A DNA stretch of 64,000 nt. Origin: a bacterium (GTDB taxonomy: Bacteria; Electryoneota; Electryoneia; Electryoneales; Electryoneaceae). Shown in pieces: positions 47,638-56,975 of the stretch. Both the position numbers and the translations under genes were made by a program. The notes under the pieces were generated by a model. That model saw nothing but the letters and a program-made list of their open reading frames with translations, did no database searches and was not told where the DNA came from. The stretch is from positions 2,176,001-2,240,000 of the forward strand of contig OY769902.1 in the NCBI GenBank assembly GCA_963669175.1. The letters run 5' to 3'. Within the stretch, counting starts at the first letter, position 1. The number at the start of each line of letters is the position of its first letter.

Positions 47638-48408
47638 ATGCTTGAGATCTTTCTGTGGACCGCTATCGAGCGGATGTTCAGACGCTCAAAACAGTTTGAT
47701 GTCGAATCCCGCCTCTCAGGCGGCGAAGGCAAGGAACGCAAGCTGGCGGCAACTGAACGTCAGGTTGACTTATTGATCTGGACATTGGCTTACCTGAAGA
47801 AGCTGGCTGAAGTTGACCTGAGTTTTAATGAGGATGAGCAAGCCTACTTGCACGAAATTGCCGAGGATATGTACAAGCTTGTTGATAAGTATTCCATTTA
47901 CGGCCTGCAAATCAGCAGGGAAGAAGTCTTCGACAAAGCCATGAATTTCGTAGATGTCCCGGATGCTTTCTTTGAAACGGCTCGCGGGGATCGTCCTTTC
48001 AGAACAGTCGTCATGATTTATTGCTGGCGGTTGGCGGCGCGTGATGATCAGGTAACGAAAGAAGAACTTGAATTTATCCGAAAAACCGGTCTGGATCTCG
48101 GGTTTAGCACCTTCGAGCTGGACAGTATCAGGATTCCCTATTACCGTGAAGATGCCCCAGATGAACGTCTATATGGCATTTCCCGCCAGGGAGCAAAAAT
48201 CATCCTGGCGCATGAAGGTTATGCTATTCGATGCATGATGTGCGGTACGGAACATGAAGCGCCCGAGCCTGGATTGCAAGGGGACGCTCGTTGTTCGCAT
48301 TGTCATGCATTGTTGTTATATCCAAGAGAAACCGCGGAAGAGCTGTACGACCATGATGAACCTCTTCTGCTTCGCATGCCTGTCCCGGGGAAGCAACATC
48401 CACTGTGA
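47638..48408 (+). CDS. TerB-like domain protein with C-terminal zinc ribbon
   Basis: LAEVD..FNEDE and LAARDDQVTKEELEFIRK.G..LG TerB motifs, CMMC...CSHC. Confidence 0.65.
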   Translation: MLEIFLWTAIERMFRRSKQFDVESRLSGGEGKERKLAATERQVDLLIWTLAYLKKLAEVDLSFNEDEQAYLHEIAEDMYKLVDKYSIYGLQISREEVFDKAMNFVDVPDAFFETARGDRPFRTVVMIYCWRLAARDDQVTKEELEFIRKTGLDLGFSTFELDSIRIPYYREDAPDERLYGISRQGAKIILAHEGYAIRCMMCGTEHEAPEPGLQGDARCSHCHALLLYPRETAEELYDHDEPLLLRMPVPGKQHPL

Positions 48409-48423
48409 TACCAGGGGGAGAGT

Positions 48424-48906
48424 ATGAGTGAAGACATCCGGATTGAACCGTTGAAGGCTGAGTTCATCGATGAATTGATTCCGTTGTGGATTCGTTTCAT
48501 GCAGTACCACGCAAACCTGGATGAATTCTACACCATGCACCCGGAAGCGCCCGACAGGTTTCGCAGGTACATCTCAAGCATGCTTGTTCCGGACGACAAT
48601 GTCTATGCCTACGTTGGAATTGTGGGTGATGATATTGCCGGGATGACCATACTGAAGCGCGAGCAGTTGCCGCCTGTTTTCCTGTTTGATGAATACTGTC
48701 TGCTGGAAATGATGGGGGTTGATGAGAAGTTCCGCCGAAAGGGGGTTGGCGAACTGATGATGGAAGAGTGTCATCGCTGGTGCAGGGAACATGGTCTGGA
48801 TCATATTCAGTTGCAGGTGGAATTCCGTAACAGGATCGGTCTGGGCTTTTGGCATAAGATGGGGTTTCAGGATCACAGCTTGACAGTGATGAAAGATATT
48901 CCATAA
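48424..48906 (+). CDS. GNAT N-acetyltransferase
   Basis: VDEKFRRKGVGELMM, N..G.GFWHKMGF. Confidence 0.92.
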   Translation: MSEDIRIEPLKAEFIDELIPLWIRFMQYHANLDEFYTMHPEAPDRFRRYISSMLVPDDNVYAYVGIVGDDIAGMTILKREQLPPVFLFDEYCLLEMMGVDEKFRRKGVGELMMEECHRWCREHGLDHIQLQVEFRNRIGLGFWHKMGFQDHSLTVMKDIP

Positions 48907-48932
48907 TTCCGGAAGCAGTAATGGGGGAGAAG

Positions 48933-49568
48933 ATGAAGTTCTTACCATTGATCCATCGTGGCGACCGCTTGAAAGCGCTGGTCGTAGGCGGTGGACAGGT
49001 TGCCTATAGAAAAGTGCTGGACCTGCTGGATGCGGGAGCCACGGTTGAGGGTGTGTCGCCTGACATGGTTCCTGAACTGGAAGTCCTGATAGCTGAGATG
49101 CAACTCAAGTGGTCAAAGCGCACGTTTCATGCGAGCGACATACACGGCCATACGTTACTCGTCGTCGCAACCGATGATCCGATTCTGAATGCGGCCATTT
49201 ATGTTGAAGCGAAGGGCATGGGGATACCGATCAATGTAGTGGACCAACCGGATGTCTGTTCGGTATATTTCGCCGCGGTGGTCAGGCGTGATCCCATGCT
49301 TCTGGCAGTCTCGACAGGTGGTGGGGCGCCGTTCTTTGCCCGTGAATTTCGCAAGGAACTGGAGCGCTGGGTGGATGAGAACGGCTGGGCGTTACGTGCG
49401 GAATGGGCGGTACTTTTCCGCAAATTCGCGTTGAAGCAGACGAAGGATTTGGACGAACGCGAACAGCTTTTCAAGCGTTTTATGGAAGTGCCGATGGAGG
49501 AATTCTCAAGCTGGAATCTGGATAATCCACCTGTTGAAACATGGAAATCATGGAGTTTTGACAAGTAA
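48933..49568 (+). CDS. sirC: Precorrin-2 dehydrogenase/sirohydrochlorin ferrochelatase (SirC/Met8/CysG N-terminal type)
   Basis: LVVGGGQVAYRK, VVATDD..LN, INVVDQP..C, AVSTGG.AP. Confidence 0.88.
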   Translation: MKFLPLIHRGDRLKALVVGGGQVAYRKVLDLLDAGATVEGVSPDMVPELEVLIAEMQLKWSKRTFHASDIHGHTLLVVATDDPILNAAIYVEAKGMGIPINVVDQPDVCSVYFAAVVRRDPMLLAVSTGGGAPFFAREFRKELERWVDENGWALRAEWAVLFRKFALKQTKDLDEREQLFKRFMEVPMEEFSSWNLDNPPVETWKSWSFDK

Positions 49569-49598
49569 GTAGTCAACCATCCAGGGGAGGAGTGTATT

Positions 49599-50390
49599 AT
49601 GCGGAAAGTATCATTGGGGATTATTTTTTTCTTTGTTTTCAACGTGATTGGATATGGCTATTATTACGGCCAGGAAATCACGCAAGATTATGTCACAGAT
49701 GATGTGACTCCAGCGATTCATGTTGAGGGAACAGGGGAAGTACATGTTGCGCCTGATATCGCCTATATCAAGTTCGGTGTTGAAAAGCGGGGCGATTCGT
49801 TGTCAGTCGCCATGGCAGAATGTGACCTGGTTGTTGAAAAAGTGGCCGCTATCGCAAAAGGATTTGGTATCCCGGTTCGTGATATTCACAGTACTGAATC
49901 TTACGCGCAGCCAAACAGCTATTACTGGTGGTGGTCTTATGATGAACCCAAGAGATTTCGATCACGCAAGACCATTGAGATTACAGTTCACGATCCTGAA
50001 CCGAGAAAACTGAATGCTTTTGTAGTGGCATGTATGGAAGCGGGTGTCGATCATATCCTGAAGCTGGATTTTCATGTAACCAATCTTGAGAAGTATCGCA
50101 ATGAGGCGAGGAAACTGGCAGCCGAAAACGCACGCGCCCGCGCTGAAATGCTGGCTGCAACGCTTGGGGTAGAGGTGGGAATGCCCATTGATATCCAGGA
50201 AGTAACTGCCGAGACCAAACCCTGGTATTACTACTATCACTGGGGCAGAAACGATAACCAGGCTTTCACCAGTCAACGTATTTCGCGGATGGACAATGAG
50301 AATGCTTCTGATGAGACTTCTGGTGATTCAATGACAAATCGTCTGATTATCAAATCCCAACTGAAGATTGTTTTCAAACTGGAGAAGTAG
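49599..50390 (+). CDS. SIMPL (DUF541) domain protein
   Basis: IHVEGTGEVHVAPDIAYI.FGV, AR..A..NARARAE.LA..LGV.VG. Confidence 0.9.
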   Translation: MRKVSLGIIFFFVFNVIGYGYYYGQEITQDYVTDDVTPAIHVEGTGEVHVAPDIAYIKFGVEKRGDSLSVAMAECDLVVEKVAAIAKGFGIPVRDIHSTESYAQPNSYYWWWSYDEPKRFRSRKTIEITVHDPEPRKLNAFVVACMEAGVDHILKLDFHVTNLEKYRNEARKLAAENARARAEMLAATLGVEVGMPIDIQEVTAETKPWYYYYHWGRNDNQAFTSQRISRMDNENASDETSGDSMTNRLIIKSQLKIVFKLEK

Positions 50391-50414
50391 CTGAACATTC
50401 AACAAGGCAGGTTC

Positions 50415-51362
50415 ATGAGTCGAGTAATACGTATCGGGACACGTGGCAGCAGGTTGGCCATGTGGCAGGCGGAGCAGGCGCAGGAGCTGGTCCGGACTGC
50501 CTGGCCGGAAGTTGAAACAGAAATTGTCGAGATCAAGACACAAGGTGACCGTGACCAGGCAACCCCGCTGGCCAAGATGGGTGGCGTCGGGGTGTTCGTG
50601 AAGGAGCTGGAGAAGGCGCTTCTTGAAGACCGGATCGATGTCGCGGTTCATAGCGCGAAAGATCTTCCCAGCCGGATGACGGATGGCCTTGAGACTGCCG
50701 CTGTGTTACCACGTGGACCGGTTGAGGATGTGCTGATCTGCCGTGAAGCGTCCGGTTTGAGTGGTTTGAAAGAAGGGGCTTTAATCGGCACCTCAAGCCC
50801 GCGCAGGATCTCACAACTGTTGGCGATACGTGAAGACTTGAAGTTCCAGCCATTGCGCGGAAACATCGATACACGCCTGAGAAAATTGAAGGAAGGCCAG
50901 TACGATGCCATCGTGATGGCGCGTGCTGCTGTAGTACGGCTTGGCATAGAAGAACATGTCACGGAAGTTCTGGACCCAACCGCTATCCTTCCCGCGCCGG
51001 GGCAGGGGATTGTTGTCCTGCAAGTGCGTTCCGAAGATACCGAACTCTTCAAAAAGCTTCATGAAGTGCGTGATGTGGATACTTGCCTGGAATTCCGGGC
51101 CGAACGCGGATTCCTGTACAAACTTCGCGCAGGTTGCAGCGCCGCAGTGGGGGGCTGGGCGCGTGTGCGGAAGATGGGGTTGGTGACGTTACGGGTGCGT
51201 GTGCTGTCGCCGGACGGTGGAACCGCGGTGGAGGCGATGGCGTCCGTGCCAACCAATGCTGACCTTTTCCAGTTCGGGAAGGATATGGCGTCCAACCTGC
51301 TGAAGAATGGCGCCGCCTTGCTGTTCATTGAAGATGAAGAAGATGCGTTCTGGGGGAATTGA
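50415..51362 (+). CDS. hemC: Hydroxymethylbilane synthase
   Basis: IGTRGSRLAMWQA, G.GVFVKELE, AVHSAKD, GTSSPRR, LRGNIDTRL, PAPGQG, GC. Confidence 0.97.
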   Translation: MSRVIRIGTRGSRLAMWQAEQAQELVRTAWPEVETEIVEIKTQGDRDQATPLAKMGGVGVFVKELEKALLEDRIDVAVHSAKDLPSRMTDGLETAAVLPRGPVEDVLICREASGLSGLKEGALIGTSSPRRISQLLAIREDLKFQPLRGNIDTRLRKLKEGQYDAIVMARAAVVRLGIEEHVTEVLDPTAILPAPGQGIVVLQVRSEDTELFKKLHEVRDVDTCLEFRAERGFLYKLRAGCSAAVGGWARVRKMGLVTLRVRVLSPDGGTAVEAMASVPTNADLFQFGKDMASNLLKNGAALLFIEDEEDAFWGN

Positions 51363-52891
51363 TGAGTGCTGAGAAACAAGGCATGGTTTACCTGATCGGT
51401 GCGGGACCGGGCACAGCAGAACTGATCACCTATAGAGGTCTGGAAGCGCTTTCCGCTTGTGATGTGGTGTGTTTTGACGCCCTGGTTGATCCGACACTTG
51501 TTGTTACCCTTCCACCTCACATCGAACGCCATTATGTGGGAAAGCGTGCCGGTCGTCATTCGATGAAACAGCCTGAGATCGAAGAACTGCTGGTGCGTCT
51601 TGCCAAAGATGGGCATACGGTTGCTCGCCTAAAAGGTGGCGATCCTTTCATCTTCGGGCGTGGTGGTGAAGAGGCGATTGCGCTGGCGGAAGCGGGAATT
51701 CCATTTGAAATCATTCCCGGTGTGACCGCCGCCTCTGCTGCTACAGCCTATGCCGGGATACCGCTGACACACCGTGGATTGGCGACCATAGCCTCTGTAT
51801 TTACCGCGCATGAAGATCCGGATAAGGATCCCGAAAAAGCTCTGGACTATAAGCATCTTGCCCAACTTGGTGGAACACTGGCCGGATACATGGGAGTGAC
51901 ACGCCTTCCCCAGGTGGTCGAACAGTTGATTGCCGGGGGACGTGATCCCCAAACCCCCGCGGCCCTGATCGAACGCGGCGCTACACCGGCGCAGAAAATG
52001 GTTCGTGCGACACTGAACACAATCGTGAGCGAAGCCGAAAAAGCAGGGATCAAACCACCGGCCCTGATTGTTGTCGGGGATACAGTAGGCTTGAGTGAAA
52101 CACTGCACTGGTATGAGCCGGGTCCGTTGGCCGGGAAGCGAGTGCTGGTAACTCGTCCCGCAGACCAGGCCGGACCGATGTACCGAGAGCTTACCCGGTT
52201 GGGCGCGTGGATTGTTCCGACACCATCTATTCGCACGATGCAGCACCTTGACATGCAAGGCTGGCAGCATTTCAATGAGAACCTGGATAAAACCGGCTGG
52301 CTGGTATTTACCAGTGAGAACGGGGTAAAATTCTTCGTTCGCAACCTCTTGCGTCTGGGGGGTGATCTGCGCCTGCTGGGCATGTACCACATCGCCGTGA
52401 TTGGGGCCGGTACACAACGGGCATTGGCTGAAATCGGTCTGAAAGCTGAATTGGTGCCAGAGAAGTTCACCGGGAAAACACTGGCAGATCAACTCGCTAC
52501 GAAGCTTGAACCGGGCACATATGTAATCCGGGTGCGTGGGAACCTGGGGGAACCGGCAGTAGAGGAAATCCTCGCAAACGCCGGGGCTGAAGTCCTGCCG
52601 ATACAGGTGTATGTCACGGAGACCGCGCCGCTGGATGATGGCATGCGGGCGTGGGTGGAAGAAGCGCCTCTCGATTATATCACCTTTACCAGCGGCTCGA
52701 CTGCGAAGAGCTTCGTAGAACAATGGGGCCAGGAGCAGGCGATGGCGCTGGCGAACGATGCGCGCGTTATCAGCATTGGTCCCGTGACCAGCGAAGTGGT
52801 GCGTGAACTGGGATTCACCATCCATTGCGAAGCGGAGCAGCATGATGTTGAAGGTGTGATTCAGGCAGTGTTGCAGGATGTACAATCGTAG
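51362..52891 (+). CDS. cobA: Fused uroporphyrinogen-III C-methyltransferase/uroporphyrinogen-III synthase (CobA-HemD)
   Basis: VYLIGAGPG, RLKGGDPFIFGRGGEE, PGVTA; then KRVLVTRP, FTSENGV, FTSGST, SIGPVT. Confidence 0.95.
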   Translation: MSAEKQGMVYLIGAGPGTAELITYRGLEALSACDVVCFDALVDPTLVVTLPPHIERHYVGKRAGRHSMKQPEIEELLVRLAKDGHTVARLKGGDPFIFGRGGEEAIALAEAGIPFEIIPGVTAASAATAYAGIPLTHRGLATIASVFTAHEDPDKDPEKALDYKHLAQLGGTLAGYMGVTRLPQVVEQLIAGGRDPQTPAALIERGATPAQKMVRATLNTIVSEAEKAGIKPPALIVVGDTVGLSETLHWYEPGPLAGKRVLVTRPADQAGPMYRELTRLGAWIVPTPSIRTMQHLDMQGWQHFNENLDKTGWLVFTSENGVKFFVRNLLRLGGDLRLLGMYHIAVIGAGTQRALAEIGLKAELVPEKFTGKTLADQLATKLEPGTYVIRVRGNLGEPAVEEILANAGAEVLPIQVYVTETAPLDDGMRAWVEEAPLDYITFTSGSTAKSFVEQWGQEQAMALANDARVISIGPVTSEVVRELGFTIHCEAEQHDVEGVIQAVLQDVQS

Positions 52892-53053
52892 CGTGCAGGG
52901 AGAATTCAGGCTCACATCAATGCAAAAAACTAGAATTGAAATAGATCTCGCATATGGGAGGGATTAATATTGAGAAAGTTGATCCCCGTCATCTTTTCCT
53001 ACGCAATATTTACGTAAGCTGTGACAGGGGAGAGAACTTGCAGGGAGTCTAAT

Positions 53054-53917
53054 ATGGTTGATATTCTGGAGATGATGCGGGCGCGTGGGGATCTCCCCGC
53101 ACTGCCGGATATTCTGATTCAACTCAATAAAAAACTGCGAGATCCGAATGTCTCCATGGGGGAAATCTCAGCGATTATTGAAGTAGAACCTTCCTTTGCC
53201 GGAAAGGTCAGCAGTCTTGCGAACAGCGCCTTTTTTGCTGGAGGTCGCAAGGAAGTGCATGATCTGAAAATGGCAGTGGCACGTCTTGGACTTTCCGAAG
53301 TAAAAAACCTTGTCTTTACCCTGGCAGTTCACCAGCTTTTCAGTGTTTCTCTCGATATTGATCAGAAGAGATTCTGGACACACTCGCTTGCGGTGGGAAC
53401 CGGTTCACGCAACCTGGCACGTATGCTTGGGGCAGGAAGGACAGACCGGGAAGTCGCCTATATGGCCGGTCTGCTGCACGATATCGGGATCCTCGTGTTT
53501 GGTTACCTGATTCCCATGGATTACAGCGCTTTCCTCAAAGAGATTCAGGCTGAGCAGAAGGTGACACGCTCCCTGCATGCGTTGGAATGGGACCGTTTTG
53601 GTGTGGATCATCCGAAACTGGGGGCGGAGTTTGTGCAGACCTGGTGGCAGTTAAACGAAGAGATTGTGCTTGCGATTCAACACCATCATGTTCCTTTGAA
53701 TGGCGAGTTCACCCTTCCACCTGTAAGCCGGGTCGTCAGTGTTGTCAATTCCTATTGCAGTTCGCTGGACTTTTCAAACAGTATCAAGACATTCCGGAAA
53801 CCCTTTGACAAAAAGGTGTTTTACGATTTACACCTGAACGATGAGCAGATTGATCAGTTTACCCTTGAATTGAAGGAACGTGTCAGTCAGCAGGCCGCTT
53901 CAATATATGGCGGGTAA
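53054..53917 (+). CDS. HDOD domain protein
   Basis: LPALP, ANSAFF, AVARLG, FWTHSLAV, AGLLHDIG, FGVDH, W.L..I..AI.HHH. Confidence 0.93.
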   Translation: MVDILEMMRARGDLPALPDILIQLNKKLRDPNVSMGEISAIIEVEPSFAGKVSSLANSAFFAGGRKEVHDLKMAVARLGLSEVKNLVFTLAVHQLFSVSLDIDQKRFWTHSLAVGTGSRNLARMLGAGRTDREVAYMAGLLHDIGILVFGYLIPMDYSAFLKEIQAEQKVTRSLHALEWDRFGVDHPKLGAEFVQTWWQLNEEIVLAIQHHHVPLNGEFTLPPVSRVVSVVNSYCSSLDFSNSIKTFRKPFDKKVFYDLHLNDEQIDQFTLELKERVSQQAASIYGG

Positions 53918-53939
53918 GGGACGATCTGGAACCAAAGAA

Positions 53940-53968
53940 AACCCCGCCGGGATTAACCTGACGGGGTA
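53940..53968. terminator. Hairpin between convergent genes
   Basis: accccgccggg-attaa-cctgacggggt, with an A run on the left side. Confidence 0.55.
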
Positions 53969-54006
53969 TAAAGAAGTCGCTGTCCTCGCTCGCGTTCGGC
54001 TGATTC

Positions 54007-54984
54007 CTACCATTCCACCAGGTAGATTTTTCCATCCTTTTCCACAAGCGCTTTGTCTTCTGTTGGATGCGCAGCAGCATTTTCGCCATTGTCGAGGAGC
54101 AAGGATAAACTCCCACTTGCGAACCTGTACAGGTACGTGCCATCGATAATGTCGCCATCCAACCCGGTAGCAAGCAGGTATTCCCCGTTGCCGCCAACCG
54201 AAGGCCTGGTAGCGTACGAAATCAAGGTTGAAGGGTTGTCAATGTCACCAAGGTCTACACTGGCAATATTATACCCGCCCCATGAGCCAACCTGCGAGAC
54301 ATAAAGCTCGTGGCCGTCGGCTGACCAGACTGGATCTGTGCCTACTTCCGTCAGAACGGATACCGGGGTTGACGAAGCCTGAAGTCCGATTACAAACAGG
54401 GAAAATGCGGAATAAGTTGTGCTCGATTGCAGGTAGGCAACCTGATACCCATTGGGAGAACCCTTGGGGAACTGGCCTTCGGGAACGATTTCATCGATCT
54501 CGTCAGTTTCAAGGTTCAAGCGCCACAAGGAGTGAGACGCATCTTCAGCCAGTACGGATGGGCCATCATCAATCCATGTTGGTCGGCGGCCGCCCTGCAA
54601 CACCAGTTCGTTGTCGCCAGTGGACCTGGTGTGAACGTAAACACCGCCGGTCAGTTCCGGAGTGCTGAATGCGATCATCGAACCGTCTGACAATGGTGTG
54701 TAGTCATAGTTATGAGCGCCGCCATATACTGCCAGCATGGCATCTTCATCATTGAGAAGCGCTTCCAGTGAATAGATCAAAATTGTCGGTTCCGCAAACT
54801 GGACCGTAGCGATGAAACCTTCGCCATCCGGCAGCCATACGGGGTGGCTGGCATTCTGGACCAACAGGGTTGTCGTGGCGCCTTCTTCCTGCTCTGGCGA
54901 ATCATCGCAATCGCAACCAGATATCAAGACACAGGAAACCAACAGGAATAGTATTGGAACTGATTTTCGCTTTACACCGAACAT
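54007..54984 (-). CDS. TolB-like (PD40) beta-propeller lipoprotein
   Basis: ISGC lipobox, PVWLPDG, SDGSMIAF, SPNGYQVAY, PVWSADG. Confidence 0.85.
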   Translation of the reverse strand: MFGVKRKSVPILFLLVSCVLISGCDCDDSPEQEEGATTTLLVQNASHPVWLPDGEGFIATVQFAEPTILIYSLEALLNDEDAMLAVYGGAHNYDYTPLSDGSMIAFSTPELTGGVYVHTRSTGDNELVLQGGRRPTWIDDGPSVLAEDASHSLWRLNLETDEIDEIVPEGQFPKGSPNGYQVAYLQSSTTYSAFSLFVIGLQASSTPVSVLTEVGTDPVWSADGHELYVSQVGSWGGYNIASVDLGDIDNPSTLISYATRPSVGGNGEYLLATGLDGDIIDGTYLYRFASGSLSLLLDNGENAAAHPTEDKALVEKDGKIYLVEW

Positions 54985-55003
54985 GAAAACAACTCCCGGT
55001 TGC

Positions 55004-56368
55004 TTATCCAGCCCGTTTGTACTGAACTGTGTAAATCAGCTCAGCAGTTTTTCCAGCGGGAACTGAAACATTGAATTTTACCGTGCGGGCATCAATTGTT
55101 TCCGGCTCGACCTCGCCCTGGCTGTAATGTACATCTTTCATCGACCAATTGCCGAACATTCTTTCGAGAACTTCAATGTTCACCAGGGTGGGCATCGAGT
55201 TGCCCAGTTCTACCTTGAAAGTCTGTTCGGTTCCATCTGCCCCTGATGGTTTTTCCTGCATGCGGATTCGTTTGGCGGTCAGGTCAAATGCCTGGTTGGC
55301 CGTAAGGTCAAGTGGGGAACCGGCGGGGGTGTTGTCAATACGATCCTCGCCGATGAACAGCATTTCGCCGTCATGATCGCGGTACATGCGAATAGTCCCG
55401 GCAGGCAAAGCTGTGGCTGAAGCGCTTGACCAGTCAACATCCAGGTGAGTTGTGACACGATCGTTGAAGATGGCGGCATCGTAAACATAACGTGTCTGTA
55501 CAGGCAGATTGTCTACTTCTATCAGCGGGAGTTCAGTAGCATGACCACTGCGAATAATGCCCTTCTCTTCTATTATCCAGGTGCGTATTTCACCGGAAGA
55601 CTCACCCTGAGAAAGAACTGCGCCGGGTTGCGGATTCATACGGTCTACCTGACGCTTATCTCCGGCCAGGTGAACATCACCTGCAACAAGAATCAGCTTG
55701 TCATAGGCCAGCGGCAGGTTACTGAAATTCTCAATAACAGTCATGCCTTGCATCAATGCAGCGCCTTTATCCGTCATTAACCGGTAGTCCGCGTACCAGT
55801 CGATGTGTTCTACACGATAACTGATTTCAATCTTGACCGTCTGCCGCTTCTTCGATGAATACGTCCACCGTAGCGAGGTTTCCGGAACCAGGTCGCCCGG
55901 CCACTCGGTCAGTTTGGGAGCTTTAACATCCGAGTAGGGGATACTGAGAATGAAACCGTCCTCAGATTCCAGAAAAAACAGGCTGTTTGTTACACGCTTC
56001 AAGGTGCCGGAATAGGTGGAATCATAGGTCTCAAGGTCTACATAATGCCCGACTTGTGCTTCCCACATCAGGTCTTCATCAATGAGATCCAGCGCCAGAG
56101 CGATTGAGCGGGTTTCCACTCTTCCGTCAACAACGTCCAGCCGAAAACTTCCGGCAACAGCCGTAACAGGAATGAAGGGGAGCAAAACATTATTCTCACC
56201 CTTTTCAATATCAATTTCACGAGTTTCTGTAATCTCTGCAATTCCTCGGTGGTAAACGGCGATATCACGGTAAGTTGCAGGATCGTTTGCCGGGACTTGC
56301 GCCAAGGCAAAGGGGGTGATGGCCAACAGAAGAATGATGGAAACCAAAGTGCGACGGTATGTACTCAT
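55004..56368 (-). CDS. DUF4139/DUF4140 family protein
   Basis: GAGGGGA RBS-like sequence, signal peptide, IAVYHRGIAEITETR, W.ADY, LPAGTIRMY, FIGEDRIDNTP. Confidence 0.85.
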   Translation of the reverse strand: MSTYRRTLVSIILLLAITPFALAQVPANDPATYRDIAVYHRGIAEITETREIDIEKGENNVLLPFIPVTAVAGSFRLDVVDGRVETRSIALALDLIDEDLMWEAQVGHYVDLETYDSTYSGTLKRVTNSLFFLESEDGFILSIPYSDVKAPKLTEWPGDLVPETSLRWTYSSKKRQTVKIEISYRVEHIDWYADYRLMTDKGAALMQGMTVIENFSNLPLAYDKLILVAGDVHLAGDKRQVDRMNPQPGAVLSQGESSGEIRTWIIEEKGIIRSGHATELPLIEVDNLPVQTRYVYDAAIFNDRVTTHLDVDWSSASATALPAGTIRMYRDHDGEMLFIGEDRIDNTPAGSPLDLTANQAFDLTAKRIRMQEKPSGADGTEQTFKVELGNSMPTLVNIEVLERMFGNWSMKDVHYSQGEVEPETIDARTVKFNVSVPAGKTAELIYTVQYKRAG

Positions 56369-56768
56369 ATTATCAATCCTTTCCCCTCGTGTTCTAATCA
56401 AAAGTTTCAGATTATTTACGGCAGGATTGCCTGCTATTGCAAGGCGCAACGGTGCTGCTGGTGAAACTCGCTGAGAACCGGGAGTCGATATGGGAACCAT
56501 TTTCAGGATACTTCGTGAAGAAATGGTACAAAGTTCACATGTAAGCGCAGTCGGAATTGGCTGTTTGACTCCTGGAGCACGTTGCGAGTCGATTTTTAGA
56601 GTCTGATTGCGCATTTGGGGCAAGTTTGTCCAGCCAAACTCGCTTTGTTTCGCATGTTCAGGAGTTTGCGCTCGGGTGGGCTTAGAAAAGCAAGACGTAG
56701 ACGTGAAGTTTGTAACGAAGAGATAGGTCAACTTGAAGAAAAATCGAAAGTTCGGGCCACCTATTTCC

Positions 56769-56797
56769 TTGACTTCCCGCCTACCTTTGCGTATGTT
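56769..56797 (+). promoter_or_regulatory. Predicted sigma70 promoter of the qmoA operon
   Basis: TTGACT-N17-TATGTT. Confidence 0.65.
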
Positions 56798-56938
56798 CGA
56801 ACCCATGCTTTTCCGGGGGGGCCGGAGCGGCATTGGCAGATGTGTGCGCCAAGACGGTATTCGCTGGGAGAAGCAATCCAGCCTGAGTTGGCAAGACGCG
56901 GCAGAAAAAGTGTTTTCAGCACTGAGTTCTTACTGAAG

Positions 56939-56956
56939 CTGTGAAACCTTTCACGA
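56939..56956. promoter_or_regulatory. Rex-like operator CTGTGAA-ACCT-TTCACGA
   Basis: GTGAA-N4-TTCAC palindrome just before the qmoA RBS. Confidence 0.7.
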
Positions 56957-56975
56957 TCTACGAGAGGAGTTTCTT

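Noticed and set aside
56369-56833. N-terminal 155 aa of the 609-aa minus-strand ORF
   Set aside because: The signal peptide and RBS begin at ATG 56368. The extension runs through the divergent promoter region.
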